Shown here: positions 9,894 through 19,799 of the stretch, piece by piece
Layout of the letters: every line of letters starts with the position of its first letter
Numbering within the stretch: position 1 is the stretch's first letter
Assembly (NCBI GenBank): GCA_023667045.1
Contig: JAMPAU010000001.1
Coordinates: 1,164,594 to 1,228,593 of the forward strand
Length of the DNA stretch: 64,000 nt
From: Ruminococcus flavefaciens
Lineage (GTDB): Bacteria; Bacillota; Clostridia; Oscillospirales; Ruminococcaceae
Reading direction: 5' to 3'
The notes under the pieces: generated by a model
The model's input: only the letters and a program-made list of their open reading frames with translations
Database searches by the model: none
What the model was told of the DNA's origin: nothing
Made by a program: the position numbers and the translations under genes

Positions 9894-10062
9894 ATCTGTT
9901 CCTCCTTTTATAATGTAATATTGTTTCAACATTTATTTTAACAGCATTTCAGTAAAATGTCAACCTTTAAGCAGATGATATTACGAAATCGTCTGAATTT
10001 GTATTTGAATTGTAATCAATTTATTACCTGTTTGTAGTAAATTGAAATATCCGGATATTTTT

Positions 10063-11343
10063 TCAGAGCGAAACAAGACCGCTGTCAAGCATTTCCTGCA
10101 CGGCAAGCATAACGCCAAGTTTACCGCTTGTATATGTAATACCGCCCTGCATCCATACTGCGAAAGGCTCACGCACAGGAGCATCAGCAGATAACTCGAT
10201 AGAAGCACCGTTTGTGAATGCACCTGCTGCCATTATAACCTTATCCGAATATCCGGGCATATCCCATGCTTCCGGAGTAACGAAAGAATCAACAGGAGCT
10301 CCTTTCTGAATACCACGACAGAATGCTGTAAGTAGTTCCTCACTGCCAAGTTTTACGGCGGTTATTATGTCGCCTCTGCTGTCGTCCTTGCGTGGCGAAC
10401 AGTCAAAGCCAAGCATTGTGAATAATTCGCTTGCAAAGGCAGAAGTCTTTATGGCATTTGAAACAACGTCCGGAGCAAAGAAAAGACCCAGCAGTATTTC
10501 ACGGTTCATGCCGAGAGTACAGCCTACTTCCTTGCCCATGCCCACACAGGTCAGACGGTATGAACATAACTCAACGAGGTCTGCACGTCCTGCAATGTAA
10601 CCGCCGGTGCGTGCTATACCTCCTCCGGCATTTTTTATGAGAGAACCTATTATTATGTCAGCACCGACCTGTGAGGGTTCTCTTTCCTCGACAAACTCGC
10701 CGTAGCAGTTGTCAACCATAATGATAACGTCCGGATTGCCTTTTTTGGCGGAGATAATCATTTTTTCTATATCGCCTACAGTGAATGCTGGTCTCAGTGA
10801 GTAGCCACGTGACCGCTGTATGTATGCAATCTTAGCACCCTGTACGGCTTTTTCTATTGCGGAATAGTCCGGTGTGCCGTCGGGGAGCAGGTCAACCTGT
10901 CCGTACTCAACGCCGTAATCCATGAGAGAGCCGTTGCCTTTCTGTCCGGAAATGCCTATAACTTCTTCCAGTGTGTCGTAAGGCTTGCCTGTTATGGAAA
11001 CAATTCTGTCGCCTGTGCGGAGAACTCCGAAAAGAGCGGTTGAAAGTGCATGAGTGCCGGAGACAAAGTTGAATCTTACAAGAGCGTCTTCTGTGCCGAG
11101 AGCCTGTGCGAATACCTTATCAATGACATCTCTGCCCACGTCGCCGTAGCCGTAGCCGGTAGAGCCGTAGAAACATGGTTCGCTTACCTTGTTGTCGGAG
11201 AATGCTTTAAGGACTTTAGCCCCGTTGTATTCGGCTGTTTCTTCAATACGGCGAAAAGATGCATTGCAGTTTTTTTCTGCCTGTTCAGCGAGTTCAATAA
11301 GTTTATCGCTGAAATTATAAATATCTTTTAAATTACTGTTCAT
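10063..11343 (-). CDS. PLP-dependent methionine gamma-lyase family protein (YnbB/aluminium-resistance type)
   Basis: GSTGYGYGD, FVSGTHA, IQRSRGYS, VDNCYGEF, GSLIKNAGGG. Confidence 0.9.
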   Translation of the reverse strand: MNSNLKDIYNFSDKLIELAEQAEKNCNASFRRIEETAEYNGAKVLKAFSDNKVSEPCFYGSTGYGYGDVGRDVIDKVFAQALGTEDALVRFNFVSGTHALSTALFGVLRTGDRIVSITGKPYDTLEEVIGISGQKGNGSLMDYGVEYGQVDLLPDGTPDYSAIEKAVQGAKIAYIQRSRGYSLRPAFTVGDIEKMIISAKKGNPDVIIMVDNCYGEFVEEREPSQVGADIIIGSLIKNAGGGIARTGGYIAGRADLVELCSYRLTCVGMGKEVGCTLGMNREILLGLFFAPDVVSNAIKTSAFASELFTMLGFDCSPRKDDSRGDIITAVKLGSEELLTAFCRGIQKGAPVDSFVTPEAWDMPGYSDKVIMAAGAFTNGASIELSADAPVREPFAVWMQGGITYTSGKLGVMLAVQEMLDSGLVSL

Positions 11344-12133
11344 CTGTCAGTTTTCCTTTCATTACACTTTCTTTTTCAATGTCGATACGTTCAAGGACTA
11401 TTTCCTTTTCTACTTCCTTGAAGCCTATTTCACGGTAAAAGCTCACTCTCACGTCGAGAGCCAGCAGATAGGATTTTTTACCAAGTCCGCTGAAGAATCC
11501 GGCGAGCCACTTTAAAAAGTCACGTGCATATCCCCGACCACGTGCGGATTCGGTAGTAGCGACCTGTCCTATCAGCACTACATTTTCAACATCAAATACA
11601 GCAGAGGCGGTTGTAGAATTTCTGTAGGTGAAAGTCCTGCTGATACCGTGACGGCAACGGTGCGAAGTATCGGTATACCACAGCGAGAAGTCGGCTATAT
11701 TCGGGAAACCCTCGCTGAGTATCTTGTAAACGTCCGGCAGATTCGGGTTAAGGTCTACAAACTCCTCTGTTGATTCAAGGGGTCTGCCGTCGGGGATAAG
11801 TTCAAACACTGTGCGGTTAAGTCGCTGATAGTGGCTGTCAAGCTTTATATTTCTGAGTATATGCTGTGAACCCTCAACACGAAACGGCAGATTCATGCTG
11901 ACAAAAAGGTTTATTTCTTCGTCTGCCTGTAGTTTGTCGTCGGCACAGATAATGAGGGTTGAGTTTATCATGAACATAAACCCCGTGCCGTCTCCGCCGG
12001 AAATCTTATAGAAACGGCAGAAATCATAGCCTGTGCCGTAAGCCTTCAGATATGCAAGCATCTTACGACCGGAGAGAGTTTTCAGAAGTAATTCCCTGTC
12101 AAATTCGCTTTCCTGTTCGATTAGTTTTATCAT
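11333..12133 (-). CDS. GNAT-family acetyltransferase
   Basis: C-terminal VATTESARGRGYA...FYREIGF. Confidence 0.7.
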   Translation of the reverse strand: MIKLIEQESEFDRELLLKTLSGRKMLAYLKAYGTGYDFCRFYKISGGDGTGFMFMINSTLIICADDKLQADEEINLFVSMNLPFRVEGSQHILRNIKLDSHYQRLNRTVFELIPDGRPLESTEEFVDLNPNLPDVYKILSEGFPNIADFSLWYTDTSHRCRHGISRTFTYRNSTTASAVFDVENVVLIGQVATTESARGRGYARDFLKWLAGFFSGLGKKSYLLALDVRVSFYREIGFKEVEKEIVLERIDIEKESVMKGKLTDEQ

Positions 12134-13146
12134 AACTGCTGAATCCTTTCAGCGAGTTTTTTAACAAGCGTGTATGAGTTTTCAAAATCTTCCGGATTTA
12201 TCACACATGAGGCAGAATGCAGATACCTGCACGGCACAGAAACGGCTATAGTGCGTATACCCCTGCCGGTAATGTGAATAGCTCCAGCGTCGTTACCGCC
12301 TGCAATCATAGTCTTTGTCTGACACGGGATATTATTTTCTTTTGCGACATCAAAGGCGAGTTTGTATAGTTCCTTGTCATATACTGTGCTTCTGTCCATG
12401 AAAGACACAACACCGCCGTCGCCGAGCGAGCAGACTCTTTTGTTGCCGGAAACTCCCTCAATATCAGAGGCGGTAGTAGCTTCAAGGACTATTGCAAAGT
12501 CTGGCTGTACTGCAAAAGCTGATACCCGTGAACCTCTCAGACCTATTTCTTCCTGTGTATTGAATACAAAATATGTATCGTATTCGGGCTTTTCTTGAAT
12601 CATTCGTATCATCATTGCACAGCCTGCACAGTCGTCAATGGCTTTGGACTTTATATGGCTTCCGGATTCAGTAAACTCCGAATCAAAGTATACACAGTCG
12701 CCGAGTGAGATATATTTTTCAGCGTCTTCTTTGTTTTCCGCACCGATGTCAATGTATAGGCTTTTCATATCGGGAGCTTTTTCACGCTGTTCCTTTGAGA
12801 GATTATGCACGGCAGTAGAGCCGACAACTCCATGCAGATGATTTTTTCCGACAGTCACCTGTCTGCCTATAGTCACCATAGAATCAACACCGCCTACCAT
12901 ATCAAAGGCAAGAGTACCGTCGGGGTATATTCCTGTGACTATAAAACCCACCTCGTCCATGTGACCGCAAATCATTACTTTCTTGTCAGAGGGCTTTTTA
13001 CCTTTGCAGAAACATATCAGATTGCCGATAGGGTCGGTGCTGTATTCGCAGAAGTCCTTTATTTTTTCTGTAATCAGCTCACGCACTGCCGATTCATCGC
13101 CGGAAATACTGTCCGTGAGACAGAGTTCTTTCAGTAAGTTTTTCAT
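12130..13146 (-). CDS. M42-family metallopeptidase (TET/FrvX-like)
   Basis: GHMDEVG, KAIDD, QEEIGLRG, GGNDAG, RYLHS. Confidence 0.9.
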   Translation of the reverse strand: MKNLLKELCLTDSISGDESAVRELITEKIKDFCEYSTDPIGNLICFCKGKKPSDKKVMICGHMDEVGFIVTGIYPDGTLAFDMVGGVDSMVTIGRQVTVGKNHLHGVVGSTAVHNLSKEQREKAPDMKSLYIDIGAENKEDAEKYISLGDCVYFDSEFTESGSHIKSKAIDDCAGCAMMIRMIQEKPEYDTYFVFNTQEEIGLRGSRVSAFAVQPDFAIVLEATTASDIEGVSGNKRVCSLGDGGVVSFMDRSTVYDKELYKLAFDVAKENNIPCQTKTMIAGGNDAGAIHITGRGIRTIAVSVPCRYLHSASCVINPEDFENSYTLVKKLAERIQQL

Positions 13147-13172
13147 AATAGATTCCTTTCAGTAAGTATATT

Positions 13173-13572
13173 GTGAATTACCCATTGTCTAAAGCTAATG
13201 GGTTTCTGCTTCATAGTCTTTGTAACCTCAGACTCCATAGGCTTGAAATCCGGCAGTCCCTGCCGTATATTGTTTATCATACAGAATTGTCTGCTCTTTC
13301 TGACTTCGCACTGATTCCGGTATTTCTACGGGTCGAGAGGATATTCTGAAAATCCCACACAGGCGGAATGATTACCCCTGCTATATTCTTATTTCGTAAT
13401 TCTCTGTACCAATGGCTTAGTTTTCGCTTCTTTTGTGGCACAGGCACACGAAAAGCACAGTGTCCTAACTGTACTTTATTCATACAACATTAATATAAAA
13501 ATATTAATATCACAATCTTTTTGTTTCGTCAACCTTAACCCACCGTCTGAATCCAGTGGAATTGCGGTTGAT
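13173..13572 (-). mobile_element. Non-autonomous IS200/IS605-family derivative with both end hairpins and a TnpB omegaRNA-like 3' segment; no transposase or nuclease gene
   Basis: Minus strand 3' end acggcagggactgccggatttcaagcctatggag...tgaagcagaaacccattagctttagacaatgggtaattcac has the typical tnpB right-end layout ending TCAC; left-end-like hairpin ccactggattcagacggtgggttaaggttgac at 13528-13572; separates two M42 paralogs. Confidence 0.65.
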
Positions 13573-13578
13573 TATATT

Positions 13579-14583
13579 TCAAGCCTTTATAAATTCAGCA
13601 ATAAGCCTGCCTGTAAGTTCAATATCCTCAATGTCAATGACCTCAACAGGAGTATGCATATTTCTTAATGGTATTGATACGGTACACGCTTCTGCACCAG
13701 TACGGCTCACGGAATACTGGTCGGCATTGGTAGAGGTAAGACCGTTCATTACTTCAATCTGATATGGAATATTATTTTTCTTTGCCGTATCAATAAGGCT
13801 TTCGGAAACTCTCCTTGACAGCGAGGGAGATACGCCAATCATAGCACCCTTGCCGAGATAACCGCATTTCATTTCGTCTTCTCCGTGAGCATATGCAAAG
13901 CTTACATCAACCGCTAAGGCTATATCCGGATTTATTTCAAAAGCCCCGATTTTCGCCCCACGCTCGCCGAGTTCTTCCTGTGTTGAGAAGATAACAGTGA
14001 CATTATATGCTGTTTTCTGATTTCTGAGAAGTTCAAGAGCATAAAGAATAGCAGTCATGCCGGAGCGGTCATCGAAAGCACCGCCAGTTACACGGTTATT
14101 CAGCAGTTCACGGCATTTCACATCAAAGGTTATCGTATCGCCGAGAGAGATTAATTCTTCAAGTTCAGCCTTTGTGAATCCTGTATCAACGGCTATATCG
14201 TCAAAAGAGGGTACTTTACTGCCGTCTGAGAGATGAGGCGGTATGGAGCATATCACGCCTTTTATGTCTTTTTTTCCGTGAATTACAACAGGCTGAGCAG
14301 GGAGCAAACGCCTGTCTATACCGCCGAGATTACCGACTTTGATAAAGCCGTCGTCTGTTATGTAAGTTACAATCATTCCAATCTGGTCAATATGAGCGTC
14401 AAGGACAAGCGAGGGCAGACTATCACTGAAATCCCCGAAATGCCCGATAACGTTTCCGTTTATTATTTCAGCTTTGTTGCAGTATTCTTTCAGCATATCG
14501 AGGGCTTTATCACAGACGGCATTTTCACTGCCGGAAGCCCCTGCCTTTTCAGCCAGTTCAAAAAGAGTATTTTTAATATCCAT
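13579..14583 (-). CDS. M42-family metallopeptidase (second paralog)
   Basis: DAHIDQIG, FDDRSG, QEELG, RNMHTPVE. Confidence 0.9.
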   Translation of the reverse strand: MDIKNTLFELAEKAGASGSENAVCDKALDMLKEYCNKAEIINGNVIGHFGDFSDSLPSLVLDAHIDQIGMIVTYITDDGFIKVGNLGGIDRRLLPAQPVVIHGKKDIKGVICSIPPHLSDGSKVPSFDDIAVDTGFTKAELEELISLGDTITFDVKCRELLNNRVTGGAFDDRSGMTAILYALELLRNQKTAYNVTVIFSTQEELGERGAKIGAFEINPDIALAVDVSFAYAHGEDEMKCGYLGKGAMIGVSPSLSRRVSESLIDTAKKNNIPYQIEVMNGLTSTNADQYSVSRTGAEACTVSIPLRNMHTPVEVIDIEDIELTGRLIAEFIKA

Positions 14584-14731
14584 ATAAAAAAGTTCCTTTC
14601 TGTCATATACTTCTATTATATCACGGAATTATATGTTTGTCCACTTTTTTTGCAGAAATGCAGTTATTGACAAATAATGCAGAGTATGCTATAATTTATC
14701 TGATAATTTTAATAAAAAAGGAGTTGTTTTT

Positions 14732-16615
14732 ATGACTGAACAGGAATTTAAAAACAGGTATCTTAAAGCAAAGCTTTCATGTAGAATAGAGAAGGATTTT
14801 GTGAAAGAACTTCTTTGTAATGAGATGAAGGAATCTGTTGAGGATTTTCGGCAATCACTTGAAATGGTGGAAAAAAAAGTATGCAATTTTCCATATACGA
14901 AAGAAGAAGTACTCGGCATTTTGTTCGCTCATGATTGTGACGAGACTTTTAAAGCTTTAAAAGCTTTAGGTTACTCTGATAACGAGGTGCTTTCGATAAT
15001 ACTTTTTCCGGATATAAAAGATTCGCCGGAAGATATTGTAAAGCGTTTTCCGGAGCGTGATTTGCCGTCTGGTGCTTGCGTTACACGTATAGGACCAAGC
15101 CCGACTGGTTTTGTACATCTCGGCAACCTCTACAATGCCGTAATCGCTGAAAGGCTCGCCCACCAGTCCGGCGGTGTTTTCTATCTCCGTATTGAAGATA
15201 CCGACAGCAAGAGAGAAGTAGAGGGTGCTGTTGAAACTCTCATAAACGCTATGAATTATTTCGGCGTTGAATTTGACGAGGGTGCAACTTCAGACGGCGA
15301 CAACGGCTCATATGCTCCGTACAGACAGAGACAGAGAAAAAATATATATCAGGTATTTGCTAAGGAACTCGTAAAACAGGGCAAGGCTTATCCGTGTTTC
15401 CTTACCGCTGAAGAACTCGAAGCTATCCGTGAACAGCAGACAGCCAATAAGGAAAATCCGGGCATTTACGGAAAATATGCCGAAAAAAGTCGTAGTCTCA
15501 CTATAGAACAGATTAAAGATAATATCGCCGGCGGTATGTCTTGGGTTTTGCGTTACATGGGCGAGGAAACAGACGAGTATATAACTGTTAATGACGCTGT
15601 ACGTGGTAAGCTCGAAATGCCACGCAACAATATGGATTTCGTAATTCTTAAAAGCGACGGTATACCAACCTACCATTTTGCACACGTTATAGACGACCAT
15701 TTCATGCACTCCACTCATGTCATAAGAGGCGAGGAGTGGCTTTCTTCTCTGCCTATGCACGTTGAGTTGTTTAACGTTCTTGGCTGGAAACAGCCCATAT
15801 ACTGTCACACTGCTACCCTCATGAAAATGGATGGCGGCAGCAAACGCAAGCTATCAAAGCGTAAAGACCCCGAACTTGCTTTATCATACTATCAGCAGGA
15901 GGGTATCTCGCAGGACGCTGTATGGGAATTTCTTCTTACTCTCCTTAACTCAAACTTTGAAGAATGGAGAATCGCCAACCCCGATACTGATTATATGGAG
16001 TTTCCTTATACTCTTGAAAAAATGTCCATATCCGGTGCTTTGGTTGATTTGGATAAGCTCCGTGACATCTCAAAGAATGTTATCTGCCATATGACTGCTG
16101 AGCAGGTCTATGACAAGTGGCTTGAATGGTGCGAAAAATACAATACGGACTTTGCACAGCTTATTAAAAAATATCCCGAAAGAACTCTCTCCGCTCTCAA
16201 TGTCGGAAAGGGCGGTAACAAGCCACGCAAGGATATTGAAACATGGAAACAGGCTTGCGATTTCATGAGTTTCTGGTATGACGAGACTTTCACTTTACAG
16301 GACGAAATGCTTAACGAATGCGACGACGAAACAAGAAAAGTCTTCTTTGAAAAATACCTTGAATCCTATAATCATGCCGATGATTCTTCCGCATGGTTCG
16401 CTAAGGTTAAGGAAATCACACAGGAGCTTGGTTTTGCCGTAAAGCCTAAGGATTACAAGAAAGCTCCCGACCAGTACAAAGGCAGTATTGTCAACATAAC
16501 AAATATGCTCCGTATAGCCCTCACAGGACGTGCCAACGCTCCGGACATATGGGAAATCTCAAATACTCTCGGCGAAGATATAGTTCGCAAGAGGCTTGAA
16601 AAATGGACGGATTAA
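14732..16615 (+). CDS. gltX: Glutamate--tRNA ligase with ~80-aa N-terminal extension
   Basis: TRIGPSPTGFVHLGN, LRIEDTD, GIPTYHFAHVIDDH, HVIRGEEW, KLSKR. Confidence 0.92.
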   Translation: MTEQEFKNRYLKAKLSCRIEKDFVKELLCNEMKESVEDFRQSLEMVEKKVCNFPYTKEEVLGILFAHDCDETFKALKALGYSDNEVLSIILFPDIKDSPEDIVKRFPERDLPSGACVTRIGPSPTGFVHLGNLYNAVIAERLAHQSGGVFYLRIEDTDSKREVEGAVETLINAMNYFGVEFDEGATSDGDNGSYAPYRQRQRKNIYQVFAKELVKQGKAYPCFLTAEELEAIREQQTANKENPGIYGKYAEKSRSLTIEQIKDNIAGGMSWVLRYMGEETDEYITVNDAVRGKLEMPRNNMDFVILKSDGIPTYHFAHVIDDHFMHSTHVIRGEEWLSSLPMHVELFNVLGWKQPIYCHTATLMKMDGGSKRKLSKRKDPELALSYYQQEGISQDAVWEFLLTLLNSNFEEWRIANPDTDYMEFPYTLEKMSISGALVDLDKLRDISKNVICHMTAEQVYDKWLEWCEKYNTDFAQLIKKYPERTLSALNVGKGGNKPRKDIETWKQACDFMSFWYDETFTLQDEMLNECDDETRKVFFEKYLESYNHADDSSAWFAKVKEITQELGFAVKPKDYKKAPDQYKGSIVNITNMLRIALTGRANAPDIWEISNTLGEDIVRKRLEKWTD

Positions 16616-16685
16616 TTTATAATGTATAATTCATAATGCATAATCAAAAATTATCAAATGATTTAATAAATTTCTGACCGAAAAA

Positions 16686-16701
16686 TGTTCCACGTGGAAC
16701 A
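16686..16701. promoter_or_regulatory. parS site
   Basis: Perfect palindrome TGTTCCACGTGGAACA matching the Firmicutes parS consensus. Confidence 0.85.
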
Positions 16702-16789
16702 CTATGTATAAATTTTGGATTGCATAAATATTTTAATAATTCAGCATTATGCATTTTTAATTTTTAATTAAAAAAGAGGTAATTTAGTT

Positions 16790-18796
16790 ATGGCAGAAAA
16801 GAAAAACAAAGATTTTGTTATACCACGTCCAGAGTTTCCGAAAAGAGCAATAGTCACAGGCGGTATGCCCTATGGCAACAAAACACTACATTTCGGACAC
16901 GTGGGCGGAATGTTCGTTTTCGCTGATACGTTCGCACGTTTCCTCCGTGACCGCATAGGCAAGGAAAACGTAATATTTGTAGGCGGTACAGACTGCTACG
17001 GCTCTCCGATTGCAGAGGGCTGGAGAGTTAAGGTAAAAAACGGCGAGTTTTCCGGCACGCTTGAGGAATTTGTCCAGCGTAACCATGATAAACAAAAGGC
17101 TACTCTCGACGACTACGGCATATCTCCGGACTTGTTCGGGGCTTCCGGTCTTGGACGTTCAAAGGAAATTCACGCTGAGGTCACAGACTGGTTTATAAGT
17201 TCGCTCTATAAAAAGGGTCAGCTTGACAAGATAACAACAATGCAGTTCTTTGACGAAAAAGCAGGGATTTTCCTCAACGGCAGACAGGTTATAGGAAAGT
17301 GTCCGGTAGAGGGCTGTACCTCTGAAAAAGGCTATGCCGACGAGTGTGATTTAGGACACCAGTATATGCCCGAAAATCTAATTAATCCGGTGAGTACTCT
17401 CACAGGCGAAAAGCCCACAATGAAACCGGTAACTAACTGGTATTTCAAGCTCCGTGACTATGAAAAGCTCTTGCAGGAATGGGTAGAGGACATGAAAAAA
17501 GACAAGTCAATCCGCCCTGTTGTATGGAAGACTATTTCTGAGTTCCTTAAACCGCCGGTAATCTATGTAAAGCGTGAGTTTGAGGAAAAATATAACGAAC
17601 TAAAAGCTACCATGCCAGAACACACATACATCGAGGAAAAGAAAAAACCGTCTTTCACGATAGAATTTGAAAAACTCTCCGACTGCGACACGGCTTGTAA
17701 AATCCTTACTGAAAACGGCATACGCTACCGTACCGGAAAAACTCTCGTGCCTTTCCGTCTTACCGGAAATATCGAGTGGGGCGTACCTGCACCCGTAATG
17801 GAAGGTGCTGACAGTCTGACCGTATGGGTATGGCCCGAATCGCTCTGGGCTCCTATATCTTTCACACAGACTTATCTTGAAAAGTCCGGCAGAAACCGTG
17901 AAGAATGGAAAGACTACTGGTGCAGTAAGGATTCTAAGGTGTATCAGTTTATCGGACAGGATAATATTTACTTCTATGGCATAGCCGAGCCTGCTATGTG
18001 GATTGCTCAACAGGAGAGCGAAACAAAAACCGCTGATATTCCGGACGGCGAATTGCAGATGCCTGTTATTGTTGCAAATCATCATATACTTTTCCTTGAC
18101 AAAAAGGCTTCCAGTTCCGGAGATGTTAAACCGCCTATGGCTGATGACTTACTCAATTATTATACACCCGAACAGCTCCGTATGCATTGGCTTGGTCTTG
18201 GTCTCGGACAGCGTTCAGTGAGTTTTATGCCTAAGCCATATAATCCGCTTGCAAAGCCGGAAGACAGCGACCCTGTTGTTAAGGACGGTCTGCTTTTGTC
18301 CAATGTATTCAACAGAATGATTCGTACGGCTTTTTATACTACACAGAAAGAGCTTGACGGAATAATGCCCTCTGTAGCACCGGAAGAAAAATTCATCAAA
18401 GAGGCTGAAAAGGCTGTACTTGAATACGAGAGGCATATGTCTAAGTTTGCGTTCCACCAGTGTACGTATGTTCTTGACAGCTACATCAGAAACGGCAGTA
18501 AGTACATGGCAAAGAACGTCACCGCCGACGCTGAAGACAAGGAAAAACTCGCACAGGCACTCGCTAACCTTTTCTATATGATTAGGATTGCAGGAGTACT
18601 TCTGCACCCGTTAGCACCATTCGGTACAGAAAAACTCCGTGAGTACTTGCAGGTTGGTGAGGAAATATGGTCGTGGGAAACTATCCTTGAACCGCTGACA
18701 TATTTCACTGGTGAAAATCATAAGCTGAAATTCTTACCGCCCCGAACTGATTTCTTTACACGCCACGAAAGCCAGTTTGAGAGCAGGGAAGATTAA
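16790..18796 (+). CDS. metG: Methionine--tRNA ligase (no C-terminal tRNA-binding appendix)
   Basis: GGMPYGNKTLHFGH, GTDCYG, Zn-knuckle GKCP..C..D.CDLGH, WVWPES, FIGQDNIYF. Confidence 0.85.
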   Translation: MAEKKNKDFVIPRPEFPKRAIVTGGMPYGNKTLHFGHVGGMFVFADTFARFLRDRIGKENVIFVGGTDCYGSPIAEGWRVKVKNGEFSGTLEEFVQRNHDKQKATLDDYGISPDLFGASGLGRSKEIHAEVTDWFISSLYKKGQLDKITTMQFFDEKAGIFLNGRQVIGKCPVEGCTSEKGYADECDLGHQYMPENLINPVSTLTGEKPTMKPVTNWYFKLRDYEKLLQEWVEDMKKDKSIRPVVWKTISEFLKPPVIYVKREFEEKYNELKATMPEHTYIEEKKKPSFTIEFEKLSDCDTACKILTENGIRYRTGKTLVPFRLTGNIEWGVPAPVMEGADSLTVWVWPESLWAPISFTQTYLEKSGRNREEWKDYWCSKDSKVYQFIGQDNIYFYGIAEPAMWIAQQESETKTADIPDGELQMPVIVANHHILFLDKKASSSGDVKPPMADDLLNYYTPEQLRMHWLGLGLGQRSVSFMPKPYNPLAKPEDSDPVVKDGLLLSNVFNRMIRTAFYTTQKELDGIMPSVAPEEKFIKEAEKAVLEYERHMSKFAFHQCTYVLDSYIRNGSKYMAKNVTADAEDKEKLAQALANLFYMIRIAGVLLHPLAPFGTEKLREYLQVGEEIWSWETILEPLTYFTGENHKLKFLPPRTDFFTRHESQFESRED

Positions 18797-18807
18797 TTTA
18801 ATATTAC

Positions 18808-18897
18808 AAGTCGGGGGAGCGTGCAGACACGCTGAGAGGGAATTGTGCATTCCGACCCTTTGAACCTGATACGGATAATACCGGTGCAGGAAGACCT
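18808..18897 (+). ncRNA. TPP riboswitch
   Basis: GGGGAGC...GCTGAGA...ACCCTTTGAACCTGAT.CGGATAATACCGG.GCAGGAAG directly upstream of thiS. Confidence 0.95.
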
Positions 18898-18909
18898 CAC
18901 ATTTTACAG

Positions 18910-18941
18910 GGGAACTGCATACGTGCGGTTTCCCTTTTTTT
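18910..18941 (+). terminator. TPP riboswitch expression-platform terminator
   Basis: gggaactgcatacgtgcggttccc followed by a T run, immediately before the thiS RBS. Confidence 0.85.
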
Positions 18942-18955
18942 AAAGGAGTGATAAA

Positions 18956-19147
18956 ATGATAACAGTAAACGGCGATAAGCTTGATTTTTCGGGTACTGTC
19001 ACGGAACTGCTTGACGTTATGGAGTATAACGGCAGACGTGTTGCGGTAGAACTAAATGAAAATATAGTCCCTAAGGCAGAGTATGACAGTACTGTAGTTT
19101 CAGACGGCGACAAGCTGGAAATAGTGCGTTTTGTAGGGGGAGGCTGA
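18956..19147 (+). CDS. thiS: Sulfur carrier protein ThiS
   Basis: 63 aa, VAVELN, C-terminal FVGGG. Confidence 0.95.
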   Translation: MITVNGDKLDFSGTVTELLDVMEYNGRRVAVELNENIVPKAEYDSTVVSDGDKLEIVRFVGGG

Positions 19148-19151
19148 TTTT

Positions 19152-19787
19152 ATGATACCGACAAGAGAAGATATGTACAAAGCACTGGTTAAACGTCATG
19201 GAGAGGAGTTGCAGGAAAAAATATCATCGGTGAGGGTGGCAGTATGCGGACTGGGCGGACTTGGTTCAAATATCGTCATATCACTGGCACGTGCAGGTGT
19301 GGGACATATTCACATCATGGATTTCGACAGGGTAGATATTTCAAACTTAAACCGTCAGCAGTATTCGGTGGAGCAGGTCGGGTTATACAAGACTATCGCC
19401 ATGACCGAAAATCTCAAGTCTGTAAATCCTTACTGTGAAGTAACCGCTGACTGCATAAGACTTGACGAAAACAATATATCCGGACTTCTCAGAAATGATG
19501 ATATTATATGCGAGGCTTTTGACAATCCGGAATCCAAAGCAGTACTGATAAACGCCGTACTTGAAAACTTTCCAGAAAAGTACGTGGTAGGCGGTTCTGG
19601 AATGGCTGGGCTTGGTTCTGCTAATACTATAACTACACGCCGTGCAATGAGGAATTTTTATCTGTGCGGTGACGGTGTAAGCGACGTTGCGGACGGCATG
19701 GGGCTTTTTTCGTCACGGGTGCTTGTCTGTGCAGGACATCAGGCTAATATGATACTCCGCATTATTGCCGGAGAATTAAACGTTTAA
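19152..19787 (+). CDS. thiF: ThiS adenylyltransferase ThiF
   Basis: GLGGLGS, DFDRVDISNLNRQ, EAFDN. Confidence 0.92.
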   Translation: MIPTREDMYKALVKRHGEELQEKISSVRVAVCGLGGLGSNIVISLARAGVGHIHIMDFDRVDISNLNRQQYSVEQVGLYKTIAMTENLKSVNPYCEVTADCIRLDENNISGLLRNDDIICEAFDNPESKAVLINAVLENFPEKYVVGGSGMAGLGSANTITTRRAMRNFYLCGDGVSDVADGMGLFSSRVLVCAGHQANMILRIIAGELNV

Positions 19788-19799
19788 AGGAGATTTTTT

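Noticed and set aside
13277-13483. 68-aa ORF inside the IS605-like element as TnpA or TnpB
   Set aside because: No HUH/Tyr or RuvC/Zn-finger motifs and no clear RBS; not called.
12130-14583. Paired M42 peptidases as a novel system
   Set aside because: Adjacent M42 paralogs are common in clostridial genomes.
18910-18941. Hairpin containing gcatacg as a fourth CRISPR repeat
   Set aside because: Only the loop is similar; it lacks ATTTTCCC and GTGACCC and is the TPP riboswitch terminator.
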